From assembly GCA_041483195.1 (NCBI GenBank), contig JBGPFC010000001.1:32001-96000 (forward strand): a stretch of 64,000 bases of DNA, in the 5' to 3' direction. Below the pieces are notes generated by a model. The model was not told the DNA's origin. It was given only the letters and a program-made list of their open reading frames with translations, and made no database searches. Shown here one piece after another: positions 47,760 to 57,684 of the stretch (its first letter is position 1; each line of letters starts with the position of its first letter). The DNA is from Candidatus Eiseniibacteriota bacterium (GTDB taxonomy: Bacteria; Eisenbacteria; RBG-16-71-46). The translations under genes and the position numbers were made by a program.

Positions 47760-49178
47760 TCAGCGCCCCCCGCGATAGAACCGGCCCGGCTTCCCCTCCG
47801 TCCACGGGTGGCATTCGAGCGCGAACCGCACGCGCTCGATGAGCGGCGGGTGGTCGTAGAGCATCGCCTTCACCAGCTCGCTCGGCTCGGGATCCGACTT
47901 GTTCTGAGCGCCGAATTTGATGAACACGCGCGCCGCGGCATCGTTGTCGTGCGTGATCTCGAGCGCGAACATGTCGGCCTCGTGCTCGACCGCCCGGGAG
48001 ACGCCGGCGACGAGCGGCTGCGTCACCAGCGACGCGATCCCGATGACGACCGCGAACAGCGGCAGCGAGGCGACGTCGTGCGGCTCTCGGAACCCCCAGC
48101 GCCCGCCGAAGCGCGCGACCGCGGCGCGCACGCTCAGGTAGATGAAGAACGACAGCGCGAATGCCAGCGCGGCCGAGAGCGCCATGCTCTTCCAGATGTG
48201 GTGGAGCACGTAGTGGCCCATCTCGTGGCCCATCACGACCAGGATCTCGTCCTCGCGCATCCCCTTCAGCGTCGTGTCCCAGAGGACGATCCGCTGCGAC
48301 GCCCCGAAGCCGTTCACGTATGCGTTGAACTTCTTCGTCTGCGCGCTCCTGTTCACCTCGTACACGTTGCGTCCCGGAATCCCCGCACGCTGGGCGAGTC
48401 TTACGATCTTCGCCCTGAGCTGCTGGTCGTGGAGCGGGGTGAACTTGTTGAAAGCCGGGTCGAACAGGATGGGTTGCAGCAGCGTGCCGATCACGATCAC
48501 CGGCACCGTGGCGGCCGCGAGCCACAGCCACCAGCGCCGCGGGCTCTTCGCGATCGCGGCGTAGCCCAGCGACAGGATCGGCAGCACGCCGACGAACGCG
48601 AGGTTCAGGGCCTGCGACTTGAGCTCATCTGTGAACCAGCCGCCCAAGCCCTCGTTCGACAGCCCGTACTGGTGCTCGAGCGCGAAGCCCCGGTACCACG
48701 AGAGCGGGAGCGTGAGCACGAACACCACCGCCATGTAGAGCGCGAGGTAGACGAGCACGCGAACGTAGCGCGTGGGGCCGAACGCATGCGCGATGTCGCG
48801 CATGCGCGCCGACAGCCCCGAGAACAGGAGCAGCACCCCCACCAACAACCCGAACAGCGGCTCGATGAAGTCCAGCGCGACATGGGTGGAGGCGTACTTG
48901 CGATTCTCGGGCGTGAAGTTGGAGCGCACCTCGGCGAGGTAGTCGGGAGGCACGGGGATGGCGGCAGCCGCCGAGGAGTCACGCGCCGCGGCGGCGGAGT
49001 CGGTGGCCGAGCTGTCGCGCGCGAGGCTCGCGCTGTCCGGGAGGGTCGGCCCCACGAGCGGCGCCTGCACGGGCAGCGGCCGCGCGGGTGGCGGCTGCTC
49101 GGCCGTCCGCTGCGCGAGCGCGGAGTCCACCATGCACGCCAGCAGGGACGCGATGGTCAGCGCCGCGATCCGCCTCAC
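47760..49178 (-). CDS. M48 (Ste24-like) membrane zinc protease
   Basis: NAYVNG, HEMGH, EHEAD, DHP. Confidence 0.92.
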   Translation of the reverse strand: MRRIAALTIASLLACMVDSALAQRTAEQPPPARPLPVQAPLVGPTLPDSASLARDSSATDSAAAARDSSAAAAIPVPPDYLAEVRSNFTPENRKYASTHVALDFIEPLFGLLVGVLLLFSGLSARMRDIAHAFGPTRYVRVLVYLALYMAVVFVLTLPLSWYRGFALEHQYGLSNEGLGGWFTDELKSQALNLAFVGVLPILSLGYAAIAKSPRRWWLWLAAATVPVIVIGTLLQPILFDPAFNKFTPLHDQQLRAKIVRLAQRAGIPGRNVYEVNRSAQTKKFNAYVNGFGASQRIVLWDTTLKGMREDEILVVMGHEMGHYVLHHIWKSMALSAALAFALSFFIYLSVRAAVARFGGRWGFREPHDVASLPLFAVVIGIASLVTQPLVAGVSRAVEHEADMFALEITHDNDAAARVFIKFGAQNKSDPEPSELVKAMLYDHPPLIERVRFALECHPWTEGKPGRFYRGGR

Positions 49179-49211
49179 CGCTGCCCGCCTTCCTCCGCGC
49201 GCCGTCGCGGA

Positions 49212-49892
49212 CTATCGCACCACCATGACCCGGCGCAGGAACGACGCTTCACCCAGTCGCGCGCTCACCAGGTAGAGACCGGCCTGCAGCGGCCGGCCCG
49301 CGTCGTCGGTGAGGTCCCAGACGATCGCGCCCGGCCCCGCGGGGCGCTCCTCGCTCGCCAGTGTGCGCACCTTGCGCCCGCCCACGTCAAACGCCTCGAC
49401 CGAGACCCTGCCCTGCGCCGGGAGCGCGTACGCGAAAGAGGCCGCGGCCCGCGCGGGATTGGGAAACGGCGAGGAGAACATGAGGCGCACATGGCCGTCG
49501 CCCGCGGCCAGCAGTTCGCCGGTGTGGACGGCGACGTTCGACATCCCGGACCAGTTGCCGGCCTCATCGGCGCTCTTCATCGCGAAGTAGTAGTCGGTGT
49601 TGGGCAGCAGGCCGCTGATGATGCAGAACTGCAGGCTCCCCGCCACTTGAGGCGTAGGCGCGCCGCGATACCGGTATGCGAGGTTGAAATTCTTATCGGT
49701 GATCGGATACCGGGAGTACCGAATGTCGTAGTCGGTGGCGCGGCCCTCGTCCCCGTCGTCGCCGGGGCTGGTCCAGAGGAGCGCGATGGGCACGCCCTGG
49801 GTGCTCGAGGTCGCGGCGAGGGCGACGCCGCTCGTGCCGAGTACGATCCCTGTGATGGCTGCCGCGACCAATCCTAGGCGGCGGGCGGACAT
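49212..49892 (-). CDS. Small secreted FN3-like protein with FlgD-Ig/T9SS-like C-terminal domain
   Basis: WTSPGDDG..YDIRYS..GLLPNTDYYFA..DEAGNWS..SN; tail WDLTD..GLYLVSAR..RVMVVR; GGAGG RBS. Confidence 0.8.
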   Translation of the reverse strand: MSARRLGLVAAAITGIVLGTSGVALAATSSTQGVPIALLWTSPGDDGDEGRATDYDIRYSRYPITDKNFNLAYRYRGAPTPQVAGSLQFCIISGLLPNTDYYFAMKSADEAGNWSGMSNVAVHTGELLAAGDGHVRLMFSSPFPNPARAAASFAYALPAQGRVSVEAFDVGGRKVRTLASEERPAGPGAIVWDLTDDAGRPLQAGLYLVSARLGEASFLRRVMVVR

Positions 49893-50193
49893 GTAGCCTC
49901 CGATGTCGTGCTGCACGGCGGCCCGCCGGAACGTGCGGCGTGCCGTCGAGATGTCGTCGCTGGGAGAGCGTTTGGTTGCCGGGATCAAGGGAGAGCGGCG
50001 AGCCCGCGAGCGATCTCGTAAGAGGAGCGCTCCCGGACCATCCGAGTTGCCCTTGCACACCGGCGGCTCGCGACGTGGGGTTCGCGCAGCCCGGGCAACG
50101 TGACGGCAACCTAGCAGCCGACGTGCGGCGCGGCAAGAAATTTCTTCACGGGCGCGCGGGATCGACGCGACGCCGGCGCGGTCGCGCGGAGAG

Positions 50194-51603
50194 CTACCTC
50201 ATGACCACGACGCGCCGAACGAACGCGGCATCGCCCACGCGCGCCCGCACCAGATAGACGCCGGCCGGCGCCGCGCGCCCCGCATCGTCACGCAGGTCCC
50301 ACGTGAGCAGCGCGTGCCCCGCCGCGAAATCGCGCGCCGCGATCGCGCGCACGCGCCGGCCGCCGAGATCGAACGCCTCCACCTCGATCCGCGCCGCGCG
50401 CGGCAGGTCGAGCGCGAGCGCGGTCGCGACCCGCGCGGGATTGGGCCATGGCGCTGAGAACGCGAACGCCCGCTCCCCCGCCTCCACGCCCAGCACCTGT
50501 TCGCTCGCGGCGTCGAAGGTGATCTGGTAGGGCGGCAGGCCGGTATCGAGCGGGCCCGCCAGCGCGGCGTCGGTTCCGGCGCGGAACACGTAGAGGCCGG
50601 GCGCGAAGAGATCGCTGTCGCACACCCACAGCTCGGCGCGATCGTTCAGCGCGCAGTCGCTGAGGCTGAAGCCACCGGGCGCGAACACGGTACCGAGCTT
50701 GAGGCCGGTCACGGCGCTCCACGAGACGAGCAGCGTGTTGAACGAGGCGTCGCTCACGATCGCGTACGAATGCGCCGGGCCGTTCCAGGCGAGGTTGCCG
50801 ATGTCGCCGCCCAGCGCGGACTCGGTGATCGCGACGCCGCCGCTCCTGAGCAGCACCGGGTCCACGTACTCGACGCCGCCGTCGAGCACCCCGAAGTGGC
50901 CGGCGCAGCCGATCAGCAGCCGGCTGGTCGGCGCGTCGAACGCGAACGTGGTGACTGGATCCTTGAGTGCGAGCGTGATCGCCTGCTTGCCGGGCGTGAG
51001 CGGATCGGCGTCGAGCACGGTGTCGGCGCCCGCGTCGATCACGGCGACGAGGCTCTTTTCGGTGGGCACGTAGCCCGCGTTGCGGTCGAGGCGCTGCACC
51101 GAGACGAACACGCGGTTCGCGACTCGCACCATGCGATGCATCTCGGGAATGCCGTCGGCGTCCGCGAACGCCGCGAGCGAGATGGTTCCGAGCGATGCGC
51201 CGCTCGAGGGGTTCACGATCAGGAGATCGCCCAGCTCGTAGCGCGTGACGTAGGCCTTGGTGGCCGAGACGAAGCAGATGTCCTGCGGGTTGGAGCCGTT
51301 CCCGGTCGAGAACTGCCGCACGGTCGTGTAGTTCTGCGCGGGATCGATCACCTGGATGTTGTCCTGCCCGAAACGGTTGACCACGTAGAGCAGCCCGCCG
51401 TACCAGCGGAGGACCGCGTCCGAATAGACGCTCGCCACGTCGGTCGACACCGCGCGCGTGTCGAGGCTGACCGCGCTCAGCGAGCCCGTGCTGAAGTCGG
51501 TGGTGAATACGAACGCCTCGCCCTGCGCGGCGGCGGCGGGGCGGGCCGCCGCGAGTACGATGAGCGAGACGACGATCGCGAGTCGGGCGCGGAGCATGGT
51601 CAT
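50194..51603 (-). CDS. BtuG/YncE-like beta-propeller protein (probable cobalamin-binding) with FlgD-Ig/T9SS-like C-terminal domain
   Basis: ATGA overlap with the TonB receptor stop; LYVVNR, SNPQDI..KAYVTRY; signal peptide without lipobox. Confidence 0.7.
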   Translation of the reverse strand: MTMLRARLAIVVSLIVLAAARPAAAAQGEAFVFTTDFSTGSLSAVSLDTRAVSTDVASVYSDAVLRWYGGLLYVVNRFGQDNIQVIDPAQNYTTVRQFSTGNGSNPQDICFVSATKAYVTRYELGDLLIVNPSSGASLGTISLAAFADADGIPEMHRMVRVANRVFVSVQRLDRNAGYVPTEKSLVAVIDAGADTVLDADPLTPGKQAITLALKDPVTTFAFDAPTSRLLIGCAGHFGVLDGGVEYVDPVLLRSGGVAITESALGGDIGNLAWNGPAHSYAIVSDASFNTLLVSWSAVTGLKLGTVFAPGGFSLSDCALNDRAELWVCDSDLFAPGLYVFRAGTDAALAGPLDTGLPPYQITFDAASEQVLGVEAGERAFAFSAPWPNPARVATALALDLPRAARIEVEAFDLGGRRVRAIAARDFAAGHALLTWDLRDDAGRAAPAGVYLVRARVGDAAFVRRVVVMR

Positions 51604-53666
51604 TCTCCCTGGGTACGTGCGTGATCCGCCGGGCCGAGACGCGCTTCGCACGAGACGAACACGCTGCGGCCCGGAAGCGGGAAGCCGGCGACGTCGGTCG
51701 CGCGGCGGTTGCCGAGATTCTTGCTTTCGAGGGTGAGGCGCGGGCCGAACGCCCACGGCACGGCCGAGAGCGATGCGCCGATCAGCGTGCGGCTCGTCAC
51801 GCGCTGGCGGTTGTATGCGTCGAGGAAGTTGTCGCCGATGTACTGCACGTTGGTGGCCGCGCCGAATCGCGCACGCCGCCACTGGAGCTGCGCGCCCGCC
51901 ACGCGCTCCGGGCGCTGCGGCAGGCGCTTGCCGTACCACGCCGGCACGATGCCGCGATCGCGCGCGCGCTGAAGCGTGAGCGCCCCGCCCGCCGTGAGCC
52001 CGCCGGGCGAGCGCAGCTCGAGCGAGAACTCCTCGCCGCGGATGTCGGCGCGCGAGACGTTCTGCGCGCGCACGCTGCTCTGCGAGTTGCGAACGAACAG
52101 GATCAGGTCCTCGGGGCGCGACTGGAAGTGCGCCCACTCGATCGCGCCCGAGAACGCGCCGCGCGCGCGGCTCCAGCGCGCGCCGGCGTCCCAGTTCTCG
52201 CCGTGCTCGGGTTTGAGCGCCGCGTTGCCGAGCACGCTGCCCTCGTTGCCGAACAGCTCGAGAAAATCCGGCGCCCGCTGCGCGCGCGCCCAGTTCGCCT
52301 TGAGCTCGAGCCCGATCGGACCTGAGAGCCACGCGCCGAGCTGCGGCGCGTTGAGCGTGCGCGTCGCGTCCGAGCGCTTGACGATTCCCGCGACTCCGAC
52401 GGTGCGCAGCCGGTCCGCGAGATGGTCCCAGCGGCGCGCGGCGTGCATCACCAGCCGGTCGCCGAAGGGTCGCGCGCGCAGCGCCACCATCGCGCCGCGC
52501 GTCGAGCGCACGCTCTGCGGCGGATCCGGGTAGCCATCGAGCGCGTCGTGGAGCGTCGCGCGCTCCTCGCGCAGCGCGCCCGAGGATTCGAGCGAGAACA
52601 CGCGCAGCAGGCGCGGCCATCCGAGACCGAGCGTCAGCGCCTCCCCGGCGAAGCCGTCGTCGGTGTCGTGGCGTCCGAGGCCCAGCTCGCCGGTGCGATC
52701 GAGCGCGCGCGATCTCACGCGCGAGAGCGCGCCCGTGAGCCGCGCGAAGGGCAGCGCGCGCCGCGCCTCGCTCGCCGCCTCGATCTCGCTGATCGAGCGC
52801 AGGAATCGCCACTGCGCGTGGCGCGCGGGCGTAGCGCCGAGCCCCGGCACGCCGTGCGCCTCGCGGAACACGTTCTCGCGCGCGGTGAGCTTCACGCCCC
52901 GCGCCGGCTCAGCACTCAGCGTGGCGAGCCCGGTCAGCGCGTCGAAGCGATTGTTGACGCGCAGGCTGGTGCTGTCGTCGGCGAGGTTGAAGGGCGTGCC
53001 GTTGTCGTCGTGAAACGAGTAGTTCCCCGCGGAGCCCTGGTAGCTCGCGTGCAGCAGCCCCGCCACGCGGCCGCGTCGCGCGCCGGCGGTCGCGCGTCCC
53101 TCCCAAGTGTCGAACGAGCCGCGCGTGACGCGCGCGTCGAGCCGCTCCGGCGATGCGAGCGTGACCAGGTTGATCGCGCCACCCGGCGCGCCGGCTCCGA
53201 AGCCGAGCGGGCTCGATCCGCGATACACCTCGATGCGTTCGACCGCGGTCGATGGCAGGTCGGAGAGATTAACGACGCTGCCCGCCGCAGAATTGACGGG
53301 CGAGCCGTCGAGGTAGACCGCCACCTCGCCCGATGGCGCGCCGCGCAGCGAGACGGTGCTGAACGCGCCGAGACCACCGTATTGAACGACGCGCGCGCTC
53401 GCGGCCTGGCTCAGCACGTCGGAAAGCGTCTCGAGCGCGCGGCCGCTCGCGCCGGTCGCGAGATCGGAGACGAAGGCGGTCGGCATGCGCCGCCGCGCGT
53501 CCATGCGCGGGCGTTCGCGATCCACGCGGATCTCGGGCAGGCGCAGGATGGTGTCGCGAGCGCCGGCGTTACCCGCGGCGTGGCGCGCGGCGTCGCTCGC
53601 GCGGCCGGCGGAATCAGCCGGCGCCGAGGCCACCACGAATGCGGAGAACAGTGCGAGTACGATCAC
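51600..53666 (-). CDS. btuB: TonB-dependent receptor, BtuB-like
   Basis: Plug motifs VSLRG, VERIEVYRG, GGAINLVT; LKPEHG; PLPGRS; directly under a B12 riboswitch. Confidence 0.85.
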   Translation of the reverse strand: MIVLALFSAFVVASAPADSAGRASDAARHAAGNAGARDTILRLPEIRVDRERPRMDARRRMPTAFVSDLATGASGRALETLSDVLSQAASARVVQYGGLGAFSTVSLRGAPSGEVAVYLDGSPVNSAAGSVVNLSDLPSTAVERIEVYRGSSPLGFGAGAPGGAINLVTLASPERLDARVTRGSFDTWEGRATAGARRGRVAGLLHASYQGSAGNYSFHDDNGTPFNLADDSTSLRVNNRFDALTGLATLSAEPARGVKLTARENVFREAHGVPGLGATPARHAQWRFLRSISEIEAASEARRALPFARLTGALSRVRSRALDRTGELGLGRHDTDDGFAGEALTLGLGWPRLLRVFSLESSGALREERATLHDALDGYPDPPQSVRSTRGAMVALRARPFGDRLVMHAARRWDHLADRLRTVGVAGIVKRSDATRTLNAPQLGAWLSGPIGLELKANWARAQRAPDFLELFGNEGSVLGNAALKPEHGENWDAGARWSRARGAFSGAIEWAHFQSRPEDLILFVRNSQSSVRAQNVSRADIRGEEFSLELRSPGGLTAGGALTLQRARDRGIVPAWYGKRLPQRPERVAGAQLQWRRARFGAATNVQYIGDNFLDAYNRQRVTSRTLIGASLSAVPWAFGPRLTLESKNLGNRRATDVAGFPLPGRSVFVSCEARLGPADHARTQGE

Positions 53667-53783
53667 GGCGTCGCGCGCGCCTCAATCGAAAGGCCCTGCC
53701 CCGGAGAGTGAGTCTCGGAGGAAGGGCCACAAAGCGACGCCGTCCACCTTCGACGCTCTCTCGCGAAGCGTCACGGGCTCATC

Positions 53784-53946
53784 GCTTCCGGGCAGGTTTC
53801 CTGACTCAGGGCCGCTTCGGGTCTCGCCTTCCCGATCGTGAGATCAGTGGCGTGTGAGACCCGGGGAGCCCATTACAGTGGCGGGACCGTGGGGGAATTT
53901 CACCCCTCTTCCCTATTAACCCACCTCGTGTGGGCACCCGGAAGAT
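53784..53946 (-). ncRNA. Cobalamin (AdoCbl) riboswitch
   Basis: Minus strand: AATAGGGAA, GGTGAAATTCC, CCCGCCACTGTAA, GCCACTG..GGGAAGGC, AGTCAGGAAACCTGCC. Confidence 0.95.
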
Positions 53947-53955
53947 GTCGATAGC

Positions 53956-53984
53956 AATATGGGTGGGGCGGCGCGCGGCGTCAA
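53956..53984 (-). promoter_or_regulatory. Sigma70-type promoter for the B12 operon: TTGACG-17-CATATT
   Basis: Canonical spacing immediately upstream of the riboswitch. Confidence 0.65.
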
Positions 53985-54048
53985 GGGGCGATCTTCGCGC
54001 GGCGAGTGTTAGCATGCGGCGGCTCGCACGAACAACCGGGGACAGAGC

Positions 54049-54516
54049 ATGCACGAAGTCACGCTCCAGATCATCGCCACGGTGAAGAACGGCCGCACCT
54101 CGGCCGCCGACGCCGACTGGGGCGCGGTGGAGTCGGCGATCGAAATGAAGCCCGAGTTCGCGGCGGGGCTCGAGGGGCTCGACGGCTTCTCGCACGCGCT
54201 CATCCTCTTCTACATGCACCTCGATCCCGATCGCGAGCCGCCCGCGCTGGTGCGCCGGCCGCGCGGGCGCGCCGACATGCCGCTGCTCGGCGTGTTCGCG
54301 CAGCGCGGGCGCATGCGGCCCAATCCGGTCGGGATCACAGCGGTCGAGATCGTGCGAGTCGAACCCGGCCGCCTCATCGTGCGCGGCCTCGACGCGGTGG
54401 ACGGCACGCCCGTGCTCGACCTCAAGCCCTACGCGCCGCCGTTCGATTGCATCGAGCACGCGAGCGTGCCCGAGTGGTTCACGCGGCTCATGCGGGGCTA
54501 CTTCGGCCCGGAGTGA
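54049..54516 (+). CDS. trmO: TrmO/TsaA-family SAM-binding protein
   Basis: GLDGFSH, GVFAQR..RPNPVG, GLDAVDGTPVLDLKPY. Confidence 0.85.
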   Translation: MHEVTLQIIATVKNGRTSAADADWGAVESAIEMKPEFAAGLEGLDGFSHALILFYMHLDPDREPPALVRRPRGRADMPLLGVFAQRGRMRPNPVGITAVEIVRVEPGRLIVRGLDAVDGTPVLDLKPYAPPFDCIEHASVPEWFTRLMRGYFGPE

Positions 54517-55289
54517 TCGGCGCGCGGCCTCCAGTTGAACGCCTGCGCGGTGGTGAGCAGCTCGAACCCGCGCCGCTCGAGGATCGGCCGGCTCATCGCG
54601 CCAGCGTCCACCTGCACGTAGCGATAGCCGCGGGCGCGCGCCTCCGCGACCCGCGCCGCGAGCAGCGCGGTGTAGGCGCCGCGCCCGCGATGGGCGGGCA
54701 GCGTCGTGCCGCCCCAGATGCTGGCGAACGCGCTGCCAGGCGGCATGCGCAGCCACGCGGCGGCAACCATTGCGCCGTCCGCGTACGCGGCGAAGATGCG
54801 AAGCGTCTCGGGGGCCGCGCGCATCTCCTCGGCGAACTTGAGCGCGAGCCAGCCGAAGTCCTTCCCCCACACCTCCTGCTTGAGCGCGACGATCTCGTCG
54901 ATCTGCTTCGGGCTCATGATGCGCCGCACCTCGAGCGCGCACGGGCGCGGCAGCGGCGCCGCGCGCTCCAGGTCGAGCACCATCACCGCCTCCGGCTCCT
55001 CGGCCACGAACCCGCGCGCCACCAGCCGCGCGGCGAGATCGGGCGGCGTGTCGTATCCGTAGAGCTTCCACTCGAAGCGCAGGTTCAGCGACGAGAAGCG
55101 CGCGACCTCGCCCTCGATCGCGCGGTCGGCGTTCGAGTCGTCGAGCCGCGAATGGATTACGAGGCCGCCGCCGCCGATGGTGCTGACGTGGCGCACCGTC
55201 TCGGGCGTGGCCTCGCGCCGCGTCCCCACGGTCTCGGCCTCGAGGCGCTCCTCGCGATCGAAGCGCGCGAGCGTTTCGTCGCGATTCAA
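54498..55289 (-). CDS. GNAT-family acetyltransferase
   Basis: EWKLYGYD, WGGTTLPAHRGRGAY, SRPILERRGF; TTG overlaps the udg stop. Confidence 0.85.
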   Translation of the reverse strand: MNRDETLARFDREERLEAETVGTRREATPETVRHVSTIGGGGLVIHSRLDDSNADRAIEGEVARFSSLNLRFEWKLYGYDTPPDLAARLVARGFVAEEPEAVMVLDLERAAPLPRPCALEVRRIMSPKQIDEIVALKQEVWGKDFGWLALKFAEEMRAAPETLRIFAAYADGAMVAAAWLRMPPGSAFASIWGGTTLPAHRGRGAYTALLAARVAEARARGYRYVQVDAGAMSRPILERRGFELLTTAQAFNWRPRADHSGPK

Positions 55290-56002
55290 CGCGCGGCGTC
55301 CACGATCGCGCGCGCGCGGCGGAAGACGGCGTGCCACATCGGGCGCGTGAGCCGGCCGGTGTTGGTGTTCTGGCGGCTCGGATGGTACGCGCTCATCAGG
55401 ATCGTGCCGTCTTCGAGCGGCGTCTCGGCGCCATGCGCGAAGCGTGGCCGCGTGCCGGGCGCGAGACGATCCCACCAGCCCGATGCGCGCAGGTATGCGG
55501 CATGCGCGACGTGCCCGAGCGTGAGCACCACGCGCACATGCGTGAGCAGCCGCAGCTCGGCCTCGAGGTGTGGGCGGCAGTTCTCGATCTCGCGAGGCAA
55601 GGGCTTGTTCTGCGGCGGCGCGCAGCGCGCGGAGGCGGTGACGTAGGCGCCGGTGAGCGCCTGTCCGTCGTCGCGGCCGGTCGAGTCGGGCAGGCTCGCG
55701 AAGCCCTCGCGATGGAGCGCCGCGTAGAGCCAGCTCCCGCTCGAATCGCCTGTGAACACGCGGCCGGTGCGATTGCCGCCGTGCGCGGCGGGCGCGAGGC
55801 CGATGATCAGCAGCCGCGCGTTCGCGTCGCCGAAGCCCGGCACCGGCTTGCCCCAGTAGCGTTGATCCGCGAACGCACGCTTCTTCTCGCGCGCCACGCG
55901 CTCGCACCACGTGCGCAGCCGCGGGCAGAGATCGCACGCGACGATCGTGCGCTCGAGCGCGGCGAGCGTGCGCGGGGGCGAGCTGCGGATCGTGCGCGGC
56001 AC
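55286..56002 (-). CDS. udgB: Uracil-DNA glycosylase family 5 (UdgB)
   Basis: CDLCPRL, GLAPAAHGGNRTGRVFTGD, HPSRQNT. Confidence 0.92.
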   Translation of the reverse strand: MPRTIRSSPPRTLAALERTIVACDLCPRLRTWCERVAREKKRAFADQRYWGKPVPGFGDANARLLIIGLAPAAHGGNRTGRVFTGDSSGSWLYAALHREGFASLPDSTGRDDGQALTGAYVTASARCAPPQNKPLPREIENCRPHLEAELRLLTHVRVVLTLGHVAHAAYLRASGWWDRLAPGTRPRFAHGAETPLEDGTILMSAYHPSRQNTNTGRLTRPMWHAVFRRARAIVDAAR

Positions 56003-56007
56003 GCGGC

Positions 56008-57594
56008 CTATCGCCCCACCCACGACACACGCGCGCTCGCCTGACCGAGCGAATCGCGGACGCGCACGTGATAGATCCCGGGCCGCACCGTGCCACCGCC
56101 GTCACGCTCGCCACGCCACACCAGGACCGTGTCGTCCTGCTCGAGGTCACGTGCCCACACGCGACGCCCGGCCGAGTCGAGGATCTCGAGATGCGCGCGC
56201 GAGCCGAGCCGAGTGACCGCGAGCCGCACCGCGCAGCACGCGGGATTGGGGCCCACGGTGAGCCTTGGCCCCACGGGCGGCGCGTCGAGATTGCTGTCGA
56301 GCCGCAGCAGCGCGAAGTCTCCCGATGACAGGAACAGGCTCACGCGTCCGTTCGCGCCGTCGGGCTCGGTCGGCAGCGGGCTCCATATATCGGCCGCATC
56401 GCCCAGTCGCGATACGCGCACCGGCTGCGCGAAGGAGAGCGCGATGGTCTGTGCGCCCGATGAGTCCGCGTTCACGACCAGCACGAAGCGCGAGGTTGGA
56501 TCGCCCTTGAAGCGCCCGATCGCGGCGCGGCCCGCGACCGACGCGATCCACCCATCGCGCGCGAACGCCGCGCCGCCCACCGGCTGCGAACCGGCGTGCT
56601 GCGTCGAGATCCATGCGAGCGAGGCCAGCGTCTCGCCCGCCGCGCGCACCGAGGGGTTGAATCCCTGGAGCACGGTGTACCAGCGCGAGCGCACGCCGTC
56701 GTAGCCGATCACCGCCGGCTGCCAGTTCCAGACCGGATCGGGCGCCGGAGTCCAGTAGGTGAAGTAACCCACGCCGCGCGCGCCGTAGGCGAGCAGCATC
56801 GAGACCTGCCAGCGCAGCTCGCCCGGCGTGAGGTCGCGATAGCTCCCATGCTGCACCAGCAGCACGATCCCCCAGAACGGAATGCCGTACTCGTCAGCGA
56901 GCGCGCGCAGGCCCGCGGCGTTCTCGACGAACAGCCCGCGGTCGCTGCCCACCAGAAAATCGTAGAGCGCGTCGCACAGCACCGTGGGGTGCACGGTGTC
57001 GGCGAACTGTCGCACGTAACTTTCCCACTCGGCGCGGGTCGAGAAGCCGCCGCGGCCGATGAGATTGTCGAACGAGGGATGCGCGGGATCGCGCGACGCC
57101 AGCTCCGCGTAGTAGCGCGCGAGCCTCGGGGACTCCGCAGGCTGCGGCTCGTCGGTGAAGTAGTAGCCGAAGAAGCCGGGATCGGAGCGGTAATCGGCGA
57201 CCACCGAATCGAGAATCGCGGGCGAGCCGGGATCGTTGAAGTCGAGCCCCTCGAGACGATTGTCCCACGCGAGGCAGCGCACCCCGCGCGGCGCGGCGAG
57301 GCCCATGCGCTGCTGGTTCGCGACCAGACGGCCCGAGTCGAGCCACGCTGGCAATGCCACGTTGAGCGCGAGCTGCGAAAGCTCGTCGAAGCGCGCCGCG
57401 TTGGTGGACTCGACCGGCGGGCTCACCCAGCCGAAGAGCGCGAAATGTCGGAGCGGGTCGGGGATGGCGGTCGCGCGTGCGGCGCGCGGAGCGGACGCCG
57501 AGGCGATGCGGTCGTCCGCGGACAGCCGATCGCCGCTCACGCCGGCGAGGATCAACGCCAGCGTGCAGGCGCTCCACACGCGGAGCGCGCTCAT
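56008..57594 (-). CDS. Secreted glycoside-hydrolase-like TIM-barrel protein with FlgD-Ig/T9SS-like C-terminal domain
   Basis: GYYFTDEP, LAYGARGVGYFTYWTP; tail WRGERD..PGIYHVR. Confidence 0.7.
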   Translation of the reverse strand: MSALRVWSACTLALILAGVSGDRLSADDRIASASAPRAARATAIPDPLRHFALFGWVSPPVESTNAARFDELSQLALNVALPAWLDSGRLVANQQRMGLAAPRGVRCLAWDNRLEGLDFNDPGSPAILDSVVADYRSDPGFFGYYFTDEPQPAESPRLARYYAELASRDPAHPSFDNLIGRGGFSTRAEWESYVRQFADTVHPTVLCDALYDFLVGSDRGLFVENAAGLRALADEYGIPFWGIVLLVQHGSYRDLTPGELRWQVSMLLAYGARGVGYFTYWTPAPDPVWNWQPAVIGYDGVRSRWYTVLQGFNPSVRAAGETLASLAWISTQHAGSQPVGGAAFARDGWIASVAGRAAIGRFKGDPTSRFVLVVNADSSGAQTIALSFAQPVRVSRLGDAADIWSPLPTEPDGANGRVSLFLSSGDFALLRLDSNLDAPPVGPRLTVGPNPACCAVRLAVTRLGSRAHLEILDSAGRRVWARDLEQDDTVLVWRGERDGGGTVRPGIYHVRVRDSLGQASARVSWVGR

Positions 57595-57611
57595 TGGGAG
57601 TTCCGTGCGGC

Positions 57612-57684
57612 TTGATTCACCGGGTGCTTGCCCCTGGATTCTCCCCCGGTGCTCGAACGATTGCGCGGAGCGCTCCACGGGGTC
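57612..57684 (+). repeat. Displaced copy of the promoter and first ~10 codons of the APC permease gene (left island boundary)
   Basis: 57642-57659 is identical (18 nt) to 61287-61304, extending to 32/35; TTGATT-17-TGGATT vs TTGCTT-17-TAGATT; VLERLRGAL vs VLERLRGVL. Confidence 0.85.

Noticed and set aside
49895..50190. 300-bp intergenic region as a possible riboswitch
   Set aside because: GC-rich pairing is possible, but no recognisable aptamer consensus was found by eye.
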